The notes: generated by a model not told the origin, from the sequence alone. 64,000 nucleotides of DNA from an uncultured Pseudomonadota bacterium (GCA_949295005.1 CASFJL010000001.1:4806-68805), one strand, 5' to 3'. Shown: positions 30,653-41,342, counted from the stretch's first letter. Numbers and translations are program-made.

Positions 30653-32434
30653 ATGGATTATAATGGTAATCAGCTTTTGTTTTCATCAATGACATCAGGA
30701 GAGCAAGAACAAGCTGTAGATATGGCAGAGCTTGGTCGACGTGCAGAAAAATTTTGTGCCGGTAGATATGGTTTTGAAGCGCAAACAAAAGATAATCTGT
30801 TAGGTTATAATATTCATCTGCCAAGCGGTGTTGATTTTAGGCTGGAGAACGGTGTGGTTAAGTTCAGCCATTTTGGTATGACAAAAGATGAAGTCAAACA
30901 AGTGTATAACACATTGTATCAACTTGGTTTGAGTGGTATCAGCTTTGTTGCAGATGAGCAAGATAATGATTTCAAAAAAAATGTTGTTTCAGCACACAAA
31001 GAGTTATTGGCTGAAGAAGAGATGGTTGATGCATATAGCGTTAGAGGTACCAGAGAAAACGCTGATAACAATATGCCCCAAATAGATTTTTCTAAAATAA
31101 ATACAGGTAGTTATCTTTCAAACAAAAAAAATTATGTAAATAACTTATTAAATAAGATTCAAACACAAAAAGCAGCTGCTTCAACGCAAGCCAAAGAAGT
31201 TCATCCCAGTATGGAAGATATTTCAAAATATATGGACGACCATATTTCTTCAAACCAAAAATACAAGACCAGAAATTATAGCAAAACATCATTATCTAAC
31301 GGCTATAAGATGATATGGTATAAAGATGAAGATCAAAAGAAAGAAGGGCCTAAAGCAGATAAAAACGGCAAAGTTAATCCAAATTTTGAATTTGGTTTGA
31401 AAGGTGAAATAGAATATAAAGACAATAAGCCAACGCTTAAAGTCACATTGTTGACGCCAAAATACGGAGATGCTTCAGATGGAATGATAGATGAGGTATT
31501 GGGTATGGCGGCAGCCTGCAAAGTAACACATTTGCGTTTTAATGGTCCGGTTGGAATGAAGGGTAAATTCTTAAATTCTTGTGCTAAAAGAATGATTGTT
31601 CCTACCGGAGTTTCATTAGGGCCCAAAGATTTTGCCAATATGATGAAAATGACCAAAGACAATGTTTTTGATTATGATAAAAGAATAGCCTATTATAAAA
31701 GGCTAAGAGATCACTTGAAAGAAGAATTAATAATAAAAGGCAATAAAGATGCAACTCATCCGTATTATAAAATGATAGATGATTTAAATACTCAAATTGC
31801 ATTGGATGAAATTGAAAAAGAAAATGATAGTGATAATACACTTAAATTAAAAGCTCTCAAAGCTGAGAAGAAATATAAAAACTTTAATCTCTTTGCCAAG
31901 GGCTATATTAACGGAAAAGTATATACTGATAATAATGATACACCGTTAAGCACATTTGAAGTTCAGAAAACAGAAGACAAAACCAATGTTGCAAAAGAGC
32001 TTGCAACCGGAATGGCATATGTTGATTTGTTGTCGTTATATGCGTCAAATCCAAAATATACAAATATGTCACAGCAAGATTTGCATAAAGAATATATCAA
32101 ATTATATAATAAAAATTTATATGAAATTCATGCAGAATTGCGCTCAGATTTTAAAAAGCTTGGACCAACAGCCAGCTCAAAAGATAAAAAAGAAATTATA
32201 AGTAGTAAGTATGAAGAAGTGCAAAGTAGCATCCAATCCATTCAAGGGTCTATATCTCTTGAAGGTTTTGACAAGCTTAATGTTCCAAGATTGCGCAAAT
32301 TTCCTTATTATGACTTGGTTACTCAAGAAAGAAGTATGATAAATCGTTTGCGTAAAGGACATGATTTATACATAGAAGAGAAGAATGCCTTAAATAAGAT
32401 ACAAAACAGCCGTTTGCAAAATCAAGGTCGTTAA
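30653..32434 (+). CDS. Hypothetical 593-aa Lys-rich protein with no signal peptide or TM segment.
   Basis: Long uninterrupted ORF with SD ggacaaacgataATG and no recognisable catalytic motif. Confidence 0.6.
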   Translation: MDYNGNQLLFSSMTSGEQEQAVDMAELGRRAEKFCAGRYGFEAQTKDNLLGYNIHLPSGVDFRLENGVVKFSHFGMTKDEVKQVYNTLYQLGLSGISFVADEQDNDFKKNVVSAHKELLAEEEMVDAYSVRGTRENADNNMPQIDFSKINTGSYLSNKKNYVNNLLNKIQTQKAAASTQAKEVHPSMEDISKYMDDHISSNQKYKTRNYSKTSLSNGYKMIWYKDEDQKKEGPKADKNGKVNPNFEFGLKGEIEYKDNKPTLKVTLLTPKYGDASDGMIDEVLGMAAACKVTHLRFNGPVGMKGKFLNSCAKRMIVPTGVSLGPKDFANMMKMTKDNVFDYDKRIAYYKRLRDHLKEELIIKGNKDATHPYYKMIDDLNTQIALDEIEKENDSDNTLKLKALKAEKKYKNFNLFAKGYINGKVYTDNNDTPLSTFEVQKTEDKTNVAKELATGMAYVDLLSLYASNPKYTNMSQQDLHKEYIKLYNKNLYEIHAELRSDFKKLGPTASSKDKKEIISSKYEEVQSSIQSIQGSISLEGFDKLNVPRLRKFPYYDLVTQERSMINRLRKGHDLYIEEKNALNKIQNSRLQNQGR

Positions 32435-32437
32435 ACA

Positions 32438-32477
32438 AAAAAATCCCTTTTGAAAAAATCAAAAGGGATTTTTTTTG
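32438..32477. terminator. Bidirectional terminator.
   Basis: aaaaaaatcccttttgaaaaaatcaaaagggatttttttt. Confidence 0.6.
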
Positions 32478-32491
32478 TATGAATTAAGCAA

Positions 32492-34954
32492 TTAGCAAGG
32501 CTTGATATGCCAAATTTTTTCAGCATATTCTTTAACGGCACGGTCACTTGTAAAGTATCCCATATGAGCGACGTTAATAATTGCTTTTTTAGCCCAAACT
32601 TTTTTATCACCAAAGTCAGTTTCGGCTTTTTTGATTGTTTGATCAAAAGAAGGCAAGTCAGCCAAAACAAAGTAATAATCTCTGTTGACCAATTCTTCAA
32701 AAATCGGCTTAAAGAGCAAGAGATAATCTTTTTCACAAAACATATTAGAATTAACAGCATTCAAAATGCGTTTGATATAACTGTTATTTTCATAAATTTC
32801 ACGCGGATTATAAGAGCTTCTTTGTGCTTGAATATCTTCTTCTTTAAGACCAAAGAGATAGAAGTTTTCATCGCCGACAGCATCTCTGATTTCTATATTG
32901 GCACCATCTAAGGTTCCAATAGTTAAAGCGCCGTTTAAGGCAAATTTCATATTACCGGTACCGCTTGCCTCAAATCCGGCAGTAGAAGATTGAACGCTTA
33001 AATCAGCAGCCGGCATTAAAGATTCGGCTAAAGAAACTTTATAATCAGGGATAAAGACAACCTTAATCATATCTTTAACTTGCGGGTCATTATTAACCAC
33101 ATCGGCAACATTATTGATGAGTTTAATAATAAGTTTTGCAAAATTGTAAGAAGGAGCGGCTTTTCCGGCAAAGATATAAGTTTTTGGATGAATAGGTTTA
33201 TAATTATCTTTGATAATTGCCAAATATTCACCGATAACCTGCAAAATAGTCATTAATTGACGTTTGTATTCGTGAATACGTTTAGCATGAACAATAAACA
33301 TACTATCCGGACTAACCATAACGCCGGTTGTTTTGAAAATAATTTTAGCCAATTTTTCTTTGTTAGCTCGTTTAATTTCAGAAAACTGTTTAACAAACTT
33401 GGCGTCATCGGCAAAAGGCTCAATTTTGCTTAATTCATCTAACTTGGTGACCCAACCTTCACCTATTTTAGAAGAAATGAGGTCGGCCAAAGCAGTATTG
33501 GCGTGCAACAGCCAACGACGCGGCGTAATACCGTTTGTTACATTGCAGAATTTTTCCGGCCAGAGCTCATAAAATTCAGGAACCAATTTTGTTTTAATTA
33601 AATTAGAGTGAATTTGCGCCACACCATTGACGGAGAAAGAGCCCACAATAGAAAGATTTGCCATACGAATAATTTGATTATTTCCCTCTCCGGAGACAAT
33701 AGAAACTTTAGATAGTTTTTCATTATTATCACCAAATTTTTCACGAGCAAAATTCATAAATCTACGATTGATTTCATAAATAATTTGCAAGTGTCTTGGT
33801 AATAATTCTTGAAAAATTCTGGCGGGCCATGTCTCAAGAGCTTCAGGCAATAAAGTGTGGTTAGTATAAGCAAATGTACGCGTTACAATATCCCAAGCAT
33901 CATCCCATTCTTGACCATGAATATCTACAAGCAAACGCATCATTTCTGCAATGGCAATGGATGGGTGTGTATCATTGAGTTGAATACAAACCATATCCGG
34001 AAGTTTTTTAAAGTCATCGCATTTTTCCAAAAAGCGGCGTATAATATCTTGAATAGCGCAAGAGACAAAGAAGTATTGTTGAGTTAAACGCAATTTTTTG
34101 CCGGATTCCATAGCATCAGATGGGTACAAAACTTTAGAAATGGTTTCAGTAGCAATTTTGTCTTTAACGGCATCAATATAACCACCTTCATTGAATATAT
34201 TGATATCTAATTCATCGTCGGTTTTTGCAGAAAACAGACGCAAATAGTTAACAGATTTGCCATTATATCCAACAATAGGAAAATCATAAGGAACGCCATA
34301 AATATTTTGAGTATTCATCCAAATAAAGTTTTTATTTCCGGCGCCGTCATCAATAACTTCCACTTCTCCTTTGATAGGAATTTTAACAGTTCTGTCCGGG
34401 CGAGCAAATTGCCAAGGAGAGTCTTCACCGAGCCAACTATCGGCTTGTTCAACCTGGTATCCATTTTCAAATTTTTGTTTGAACAGACCGAATTGATAGT
34501 TGATACCATAACCAAAGCCGGGGATTCCAAGAGAGGCCATTGAGTCAAGATAGCAAGCAGCCAAGCGACCAAGACCGCCATTTCCAAGAGCAGGGTCATA
34601 TTCAGTATCAAAAATTTCTTGCAAGCTAAAATCAGGCATTCCGTCAATTTTAATATCTTGCATGATATGATATAATCCCAAACTATGGAGGTTATTTTCT
34701 AAAGAACGCCCAATCAAATATTCCACAGAAAGATAATAGATTCTTTTCGTGTTTACCTTATTATATCTTGCCATGGTTTCATACATTTTATCCATGGCAA
34801 ATTCTCTGACGGCCAAGGCAATAGCTTCCAAAGCCTCATCTTTATTAATTTCACTGGTTCTTTTGCCAATGAAATATTTGATATAATGCTCAATAGAAAG
34901 TTTTAATTTAGCTTTATCAATATCATTGATAGTAATCGAGTTTTTCTTGCTCAA
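32492..34954 (-). CDS. glgP: Glycogen/alpha-glucan phosphorylase.
   Basis: PLP-site EASGTGNMKFALNGALTIGTLDGANIEI with full-length GT35 architecture. Confidence 0.92.
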   Translation of the reverse strand: MSKKNSITINDIDKAKLKLSIEHYIKYFIGKRTSEINKDEALEAIALAVREFAMDKMYETMARYNKVNTKRIYYLSVEYLIGRSLENNLHSLGLYHIMQDIKIDGMPDFSLQEIFDTEYDPALGNGGLGRLAACYLDSMASLGIPGFGYGINYQFGLFKQKFENGYQVEQADSWLGEDSPWQFARPDRTVKIPIKGEVEVIDDGAGNKNFIWMNTQNIYGVPYDFPIVGYNGKSVNYLRLFSAKTDDELDINIFNEGGYIDAVKDKIATETISKVLYPSDAMESGKKLRLTQQYFFVSCAIQDIIRRFLEKCDDFKKLPDMVCIQLNDTHPSIAIAEMMRLLVDIHGQEWDDAWDIVTRTFAYTNHTLLPEALETWPARIFQELLPRHLQIIYEINRRFMNFAREKFGDNNEKLSKVSIVSGEGNNQIIRMANLSIVGSFSVNGVAQIHSNLIKTKLVPEFYELWPEKFCNVTNGITPRRWLLHANTALADLISSKIGEGWVTKLDELSKIEPFADDAKFVKQFSEIKRANKEKLAKIIFKTTGVMVSPDSMFIVHAKRIHEYKRQLMTILQVIGEYLAIIKDNYKPIHPKTYIFAGKAAPSYNFAKLIIKLINNVADVVNNDPQVKDMIKVVFIPDYKVSLAESLMPAADLSVQSSTAGFEASGTGNMKFALNGALTIGTLDGANIEIRDAVGDENFYLFGLKEEDIQAQRSSYNPREIYENNSYIKRILNAVNSNMFCEKDYLLLFKPIFEELVNRDYYFVLADLPSFDQTIKKAETDFGDKKVWAKKAIINVAHMGYFTSDRAVKEYAEKIWHIKPC

Positions 34955-35155
34955 TGTTTTATCCTCCTTAGGCTTACATACTAAATTGTCCTAACAATAA
35001 AATAAAATGTTTGAAATATGGTTAATAAGAGCGCATATAAGATTATAACCAAATAAAAATTCAATAAAATTTTAATAAAATGCATTGCATTATTGATATT
35101 AATAAATATAATCAGAATAAATTTGAAATTAAAGAATATATAGAGGAACATTTAA

Positions 35156-36531
35156 TGAAAAAGAGTTTTGTTGCAGGATTGTTGTTGGCAAGCTCAATAT
35201 CATCACCTGCCATGGCAACAACCATTTTTGAGGCTTTAAGTGAAACATATAAGTCCAACCCGACATTGCAATCACAAAGAGCATATTTGCGATCAGTTGA
35301 TGAAAATGTTGCTATTGCACGTTCAGGATATCGTCCGACAATTGCGTTGAAAGCAGGTTATAGTCAAGCAAGCGGAACAACAGAAAATCCGGGGGGATAT
35401 GTCGGTGTGCCGGATAATGAAAATGATGGCAGCACCACCACATATGGAGCAACATTATCACAACCTCTTTTTAATGGTTTTCAGACCGTAAACGCTGTAA
35501 AACAAGCAGATAGTTCTGTCAAGGCAGAGCAAAATAATTTATATAGTGTTGAACAAACAGTGTTTTTAGATGCTGCAACAGCATACATGGATGTTTTGCA
35601 AAATGAAGCAATTGTAGAATTGCAAAAAAATAATGAAAAATTGTTAAAAAAACGTCTTGATGAAACGATTCAACGCTTTAATGTTGGAGAGGTAACCAGA
35701 ACAGACGTTTCACAAGCCAGAGCGCGCCATGCACAGGCTGTTTCAGACAGAATTTCTTCAGAAGGCACATTGGCAGCATCAAAAGCTGTATATAAAGAAG
35801 TTATCGGAAGTGAGCCTGAAAATTTGAGTGAACCCAAAGATATTTCCGGTATGTTGCCGAAAACCATTGATGAAGCGATGAATTATGCTATTGAAAATAA
35901 TTATAGCATAAAGACTGCGCAACATTCATTTGATGCGGCAAACTATAATGTTGCATATAATAACGGAGCTCTTTTGCCATCTTTGTCATTAGATGCATCT
36001 GCTACCAATACGGAAAATGATTTGGACGCCAACCAAGCAAAAATCAAAACAGATAATGTTGAAGTTGGTGTGAATATGACTGTTCCATTGTATGAGGCAG
36101 GCAAGACCAGAGCAGAGATTCGCCAAAGCAAATATTTGAAATGGCAATCTCAAGAAAAATTATTGGAGACCGAGCGTTCTGTTAAATCATTAGTGTCAAG
36201 CGCATGGGAATATATGGTTTCTAACGATTCTAAAATAAAATCCATCAAAGAACAGGTTAAAGCCAATGAAATTGCTCTAGATGGTGTTCAAAAAGAAGAA
36301 GCTTTGGGAAACCGTACAATTTTGGATGTTTTGGATGCATATCAAGAGTTATTAAACTCAAATGTAGAAGAAGTAAAAGCCAGAAGGAACTACTATGTTT
36401 CCAGTTTGAATTTGCTTTTGGCAATGGGTAAATTAACAGCGGCAAATTTAAAACTTGACGTTGAGCTATATGATGCGGATAAATATTATCAAGATACAAA
36501 AGGAAAATGGTTATCTTTATCTATTGATTAA
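35156..36531 (+). CDS. tolC: TolC-family outer-membrane efflux protein.
   Basis: Signal peptide MKKSFVAGLLLASSISSPAMA and two tandem OEP repeats. The start is set at the signal-peptide Met rather than the ORF-track start. Confidence 0.85.
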
Positions 36532-36575
36532 TATAAAAAAATTGTTAAGCTAAAGCAAACAACATACTGGAAATT

Positions 36576-37793
36576 ATGATGAGTGGTGAAAGTCAGCAAG
36601 AAAATATGTCAATGGAAGATATTCTATCTTCAATTAAAGATATTTTAAATAACGAAGGTGGTGAAATCAATTCTGCTGAGGAGCAAGAACAATCTTCCTT
36701 AAAGCAAGAAGAACAAGAGCAAACTTCAGAAGATAGTTTAAGCAAAGCTTTGGCAAAAGAAGATGAGCAAGAAGATGATGATGTTTATGATTTATCAAAG
36801 TCAATGATAATTGATGAGACACAGCCTGAAGATATGGATGCCGACAAATTTTTTGAAGAAGAGTTGGATGAAACAGGGCCTTTGTTTGATGAATTTTCCA
36901 ATCAAGATGATATAAACTTAGAAGATGACATAAGCATAGAAGATGACATAAATTTATCAGATATTCCAGAAGATGTAGATTTTTCTATGGATATTCAAGA
37001 AGATAATGATATCACTGCGCTTATGGAAGAAAATTTAGCAGAAGAAAATTCAGAAAAGCAAGAAGTTGATAAAGCAGAAGATATAATGCTGGAAGAACCG
37101 GTTTCATCAAGTGAGATAATGCCCTCAGAAGATATGGTTTCTCCGGATGTTGTATTGCAAGCAGCGCAAGATGTGTTGACGGAAGATAAATATCAATATG
37201 CTAATACATCTAACAAAACCGAAGCAGAAAAAATATTTGAGGATCATGAGGGTATACAAGAAGTTCAAGAAATCAGCATGATCCCTGCTGATGAACAAAT
37301 AAAAGAGCCGGAAACAATCATAAAACAAGAAGACATAACCAAAGAAGAAATAAAAGAGCCGGAAATAATTGTAAAACAAGAAGAAAAAGCGGTTGAAGAA
37401 ACAAAAGCTGAAGTTTTGTCATCAATGCAAACAGATGCAACGGATGTATCTGCAGATATCATTAATAATTTTGCAAAAATGTTTGCAGAAAAAACACCTC
37501 CAATGCAAGAAGAAGTAGCTTATGAGGAAGAAAAAATTGAACAACCCAAAGATAATATCAACCTTATTGGCGATGGTTCAAAAACAATTGAAGATATTGT
37601 TAAAGATACAATTAAAGAGATTGTAATGGTAAATGTAAATGCCGAGATGACAAAAAATGTTGATATTGTATCTTTAGCAAAAGAAGAAATCAGGTCACAA
37701 GCCAAAGTTTGGATAGAACAAAATCTTCCAACAATTGTTAATGCCGCAGTTAAAGAAGAGTTGGAACGAGTGATGGCAAAGGTCGGCAAATAG
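36576..37793 (+). CDS. popZ: Pole-organising protein PopZ homologue (DUF2497): conserved N-terminal helix, long acidic repeat-containing linker, and conserved C-terminal domain.
   Basis: N-terminus MSMEDILSSIKDIL matches the PopZ MEEILASIRRII. An extremely acidic low-complexity middle region follows, then C-terminal ...EQNLPTIVNAAVKEELERV. The tolC-popZ-valS order matches Rhizobiales. Confidence 0.6.
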   Translation: MMSGESQQENMSMEDILSSIKDILNNEGGEINSAEEQEQSSLKQEEQEQTSEDSLSKALAKEDEQEDDDVYDLSKSMIIDETQPEDMDADKFFEEELDETGPLFDEFSNQDDINLEDDISIEDDINLSDIPEDVDFSMDIQEDNDITALMEENLAEENSEKQEVDKAEDIMLEEPVSSSEIMPSEDMVSPDVVLQAAQDVLTEDKYQYANTSNKTEAEKIFEDHEGIQEVQEISMIPADEQIKEPETIIKQEDITKEEIKEPEIIVKQEEKAVEETKAEVLSSMQTDATDVSADIINNFAKMFAEKTPPMQEEVAYEEEKIEQPKDNINLIGDGSKTIEDIVKDTIKEIVMVNVNAEMTKNVDIVSLAKEEIRSQAKVWIEQNLPTIVNAAVKEELERVMAKVGK

Positions 37794-37840
37794 CTTGACC
37801 TTATAGTGTGCCGACCTGCAATTTTTTGCCCCCAAACAGG
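37782..37840 (+). terminator. Terminator-like hairpin after popZ.
   Basis: aggtcggcaaatagcttgaccttatagtgtgccgacct followed by gcaatttttt. Confidence 0.45.
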
Positions 37841-37923
37841 TTAAATTCTGTTGAGGGCATTTTGCGGTTTATAAAGCCGGAAGCAAAAGTTTTTGTAATT
37901 ACAGATAAAATGGAAAAAGACAT

Positions 37924-40569
37924 ATGTTAGAAAAAAATTATAACCCGAAAGATTTTGAAGAAAAAATTTATGCCGATTGGGAAAATAGCGGCGATTTCAA
38001 GCCCGATATGCGCTCCTCATCAGAGGCATTTTCAATCGTTATTCCGCCACCGAACGTTACCGGTGTTTTGCACATGGGTCACGCTTTGGATGATACCTTG
38101 CAAGATATTCTCATTCGTTATAATCGCATGCTGGGTAAAAAAGTTTTATGGCAACCGGGTACAGACCACGCCGGTATTGCAACCCAAATGGTTGTTGAAA
38201 GAAACTTGGCCAAAGAAGGTATCTCGCGTCATGATTTAGGTAGAGAAAAGTTCATTGAAACCGTTTGGAAATGGAGAGAACAATCAGGTGGCACCATTTG
38301 TCGCCAATTGCGCCGTTTGGGTGCTTCTTGCGACTGGAGCCGTGAGCGTTTTACTATGGATGAAGGTTTAAGCCGTGCCGTTCGCAAAATCTTTGTTCAC
38401 ATGTATAAAGATGGCTTGATTTTCAAAGCCAAAAAATTGGTTAACTGGGATTCCAAATTGCAAACTGCCGTTTCCGATTTGGAAGTTGTTCAAAAAGACA
38501 CTGTTGGCAAAATGTATTACTATCGTTATCCGATTGAAGGAGAAGAGGGTAAGTATATTCAAATTGCAACCACACGTCCGGAAACCATGTTTGGTGATAC
38601 AGCCGTTGCCGTTTCAAAAGATAATGAAAAGTTGAAACACCTCATTGGTAAAAATTGTATCATTCCGATTATCAATCGCGTTATTCCGATTATTGCCGAC
38701 GACCACGCAGATCCGGAAAAAGGTACCGGTGCGGTTAAAATTACACCGGCTCATGACTTTAACGACTTTGAAGTTGGTAAACGTCATAACTTGCCGATGA
38801 TAAACATCTTGAACTTGGATGCTACCTTGAACGAAAACACTCCGTTTGAAGGTATGACCACAATGGATGCTCGCGCTAAAACCATTGAAACCTTAACCGA
38901 ACTGGGCTTGATGGATAAGATTGAAGACCACCCGATGGTTATTCCTTATGGCGACAGAACCGGCGTTATAATTGAGCCTTTGATGACAGACCAATGGTTT
39001 GTAGATGCACCGACTTTGGCCAAAGAAGCCATTCGCGTTGTTGAAAACGGCGAGATGGAATTTGTTCCGAAATCTTATGAAAAAACCTATTTTGAATGGA
39101 TGAGAAACATTCAACCATGGTGTATCTCTCGTCAGTTATGGTGGGGGCACCAAATGCCGATTTGGTACGGACCGGACGGACACATCTTCTGCGAAGAAAA
39201 TGAAGAAGAAGCTCAAGCAGAAGCTGATAAGTTCTATGGCAAAAGAGAAGAGTTGACAAGAGAAACCGACGTTTTGGATACTTGGTTCTCCTCTGGCTTG
39301 TGGGCTTTTTCGACCATGGGTTGGCCGGATAAGAGCGAATATTTGGATACCTTCTATCCAACTTCAGTTTTGGTAACCGGTTTCGATATCATCTTCTTCT
39401 GGCTTGCGCGTATGATGATGATGAGTATGTATGCCATGAAGCGCGTTCCGTTCAAAAAAGCTTATATCCATGGCTTGGTTCGCGATGAAAAAGGTCAAAA
39501 GATGTCAAAATCCAAAGGCAATACCGTTGACCCTATGGAAACCATTGAAAAATATGGTGCCGATGCTTTGCGCTTCTTCATGGCAGCCATGGAAACTCAA
39601 GGTCGTGATGTAAACTTGAGTGAGGCTCGTATCGCAGGCTATCGTAACTTTGCTACCAAGTTGTGGAATGCTGCTCGTTTTGGCGAGATGAACGAATGCA
39701 ATTTGGTAAAAGACTTTGATGAAACCAAAGTTACTTACGCCATCAATAAATGGGTTGTAGCAAAAGCAAAACAAGCAACCAAAGAAGTAACCGATAACTT
39801 GAACGCTTTCCGCTTCTCAGATGCCGCTAATGCCGTTTACCAATTTGTTTGGGGTTCATTCTGCGACTGGTATATTGAGATGATTAAGCCGATTTTGTTC
39901 GGTTCGGATGAGGCTGCAAAGAAAGAAACCAGAGCAACCTTTGCTTGGGTCTTGGATAGAATTTTGATTATTTTGCATCCGTTTATGCCGTTTATCACCA
40001 CCGAGTTGTGGAATAACAATTACGATATGCATGGTGTTAAACTCATTCACGCCGCTTGGCCTAAAGCTGAAACCATTGATGAAAATGCCTTGAACGATAT
40101 TGACTGGGCAATTGACTTGATTTCATCTATTCGTTCTTTGCGTGCTTCAATGAACTTGCCGGCAGGAGCAAAATTGAATGTATTCTTGAAAGATGCCAAC
40201 GCCAAATCTGCCGAAAACTTGCAAACATTCAATCATATCATTTGCTCTTTGGCTCGTTTAGAAAAATTAGAAACTTTTGCCAAAGATGCTGAAATTAGCA
40301 AAGATATGGTTCAAAGCGTATTCAAAGAAGCCGTTATCTTGTTGCCGTTAAAAGGCATTGTCGATTTTGCCGCTGAAAGAGAACGCTTGAATAAAGAATT
40401 GGCAAGTTTAAACAAAAACTTGGAAGGCTATGCTAAGAAATTGAGTAATCCGAGCTTTGTCGAAAGAGCACCGGCTGCGGTTGTTGAAGAAGAAAAACGC
40501 CGTCAGGCAGAAGCTTTGGAAAACAAAGCCAAAGTTGAAGAAGCTCTGGCAAGAATAGCTAATTTCTAA
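37924..40569 (+). CDS. valS: Valine-tRNA ligase.
   Basis: HMGH (VLHMGHALDD), KMSKS, and a C-terminal coiled coil. Confidence 0.95.
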   Translation: MLEKNYNPKDFEEKIYADWENSGDFKPDMRSSSEAFSIVIPPPNVTGVLHMGHALDDTLQDILIRYNRMLGKKVLWQPGTDHAGIATQMVVERNLAKEGISRHDLGREKFIETVWKWREQSGGTICRQLRRLGASCDWSRERFTMDEGLSRAVRKIFVHMYKDGLIFKAKKLVNWDSKLQTAVSDLEVVQKDTVGKMYYYRYPIEGEEGKYIQIATTRPETMFGDTAVAVSKDNEKLKHLIGKNCIIPIINRVIPIIADDHADPEKGTGAVKITPAHDFNDFEVGKRHNLPMINILNLDATLNENTPFEGMTTMDARAKTIETLTELGLMDKIEDHPMVIPYGDRTGVIIEPLMTDQWFVDAPTLAKEAIRVVENGEMEFVPKSYEKTYFEWMRNIQPWCISRQLWWGHQMPIWYGPDGHIFCEENEEEAQAEADKFYGKREELTRETDVLDTWFSSGLWAFSTMGWPDKSEYLDTFYPTSVLVTGFDIIFFWLARMMMMSMYAMKRVPFKKAYIHGLVRDEKGQKMSKSKGNTVDPMETIEKYGADALRFFMAAMETQGRDVNLSEARIAGYRNFATKLWNAARFGEMNECNLVKDFDETKVTYAINKWVVAKAKQATKEVTDNLNAFRFSDAANAVYQFVWGSFCDWYIEMIKPILFGSDEAAKKETRATFAWVLDRILIILHPFMPFITTELWNNNYDMHGVKLIHAAWPKAETIDENALNDIDWAIDLISSIRSLRASMNLPAGAKLNVFLKDANAKSAENLQTFNHIICSLARLEKLETFAKDAEISKDMVQSVFKEAVILLPLKGIVDFAAERERLNKELASLNKNLEGYAKKLSNPSFVERAPAAVVEEEKRRQAEALENKAKVEEALARIANF

Positions 40570-40587
40570 TTGGTAAGACAAAAACCA

Positions 40588-40624
40588 AAAAAAAAGGCAT
40601 CTTAAAAAAGATGCCTTTTTTTTG
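40588..40624 (+). terminator. Rho-independent terminator after valS.
   Basis: aaaaaaaggcatcttaaaaaagatgcctttttttt. Confidence 0.6.
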
Positions 40625-40663
40625 TATGAATTTTGTGTTATGATAATCTCAAGAGGAAAAAAT

Positions 40664-41305
40664 ATGAAATTAGATTATCAAAAAATACAAGAATATAATC
40701 AGATGTTTGCGCGCTGGAAAGAAGAACTTTTTCCAAAGCAAGAATATGCGTATCGAAACGAATGTTGTTTTGCTTTTGCGCATTTGCTTGCCAAAAAGGC
40801 CAAAGAAGAGGGAATGTTGCCAACCAAAATTTGGTGTATGAAATCTAAAGATAAAGATTGGGTGGAGGCAAATTTGCCCGCCAATAACGAGCAGGGTTTT
40901 GAAACCAGAAAATGGGATGGATATCATGTGGCTCTAGCTATAAATTTGCCAATATATCAAGATTCTAAAAGAGCAGAACGCTTGGTTTTTGACCCGATAG
41001 TTTTCAATGAAGTTGTCAGAGAAAAAGACTGGGTTAACGCGCTTAACTCTTCAGAAGAATATATTTTGTACTCCGGATGCAAGTTTGGTAAAGAAGGCTT
41101 AACGGATGAAAGTTTTTATGGCGGTAGCGGTTATTGGCTGGATAAAAACCCTAAAATAGATTTGGATAAACATTCTTTGGTGCATATTAAAGGGATTGAT
41201 ACCAAGAGCGAAAAATTGATGTTGCTAGGCTCACCATTGAGTATTTTAGCCAGAAGAGAGATGAGAATGCAAAACAATAATATGTTAGATAAGACAAGAG
41301 AATAG
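40664..41305 (+). CDS. Transglutaminase-like superfamily protein (predicted Cys-His-Asp hydrolase or transferase).
   Basis: Matches the three transglutaminase-like motifs: ECCFAFA (G-x-C-x-x-F-A), GYHVAL (H-A-W-like), and VFDPI (D-P-T-like), at the expected spacing. Confidence 0.5.
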   Translation: MKLDYQKIQEYNQMFARWKEELFPKQEYAYRNECCFAFAHLLAKKAKEEGMLPTKIWCMKSKDKDWVEANLPANNEQGFETRKWDGYHVALAINLPIYQDSKRAERLVFDPIVFNEVVREKDWVNALNSSEEYILYSGCKFGKEGLTDESFYGGSGYWLDKNPKIDLDKHSLVHIKGIDTKSEKLMLLGSPLSILARREMRMQNNNMLDKTRE

Positions 41306-41342
41306 AAAAACACCTCTGATTTTATTCAGAGGTGTTTTGCTT
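41306..41342. terminator. Bidirectional terminator.
   Basis: aaaaacacctctgattttattcagaggtgttttgctt. Confidence 0.5.

Noticed and set aside
37835-37871. Hairpin tgcccccaaacagg...ctgttgagggca upstream of valS considered as a T-box or riboswitch.
   Set aside because: It is too short, with no specifier or T-box consensus, and alphaproteobacterial aaRS genes are not normally T-box regulated. It is more likely part of the popZ terminator or valS promoter structure.
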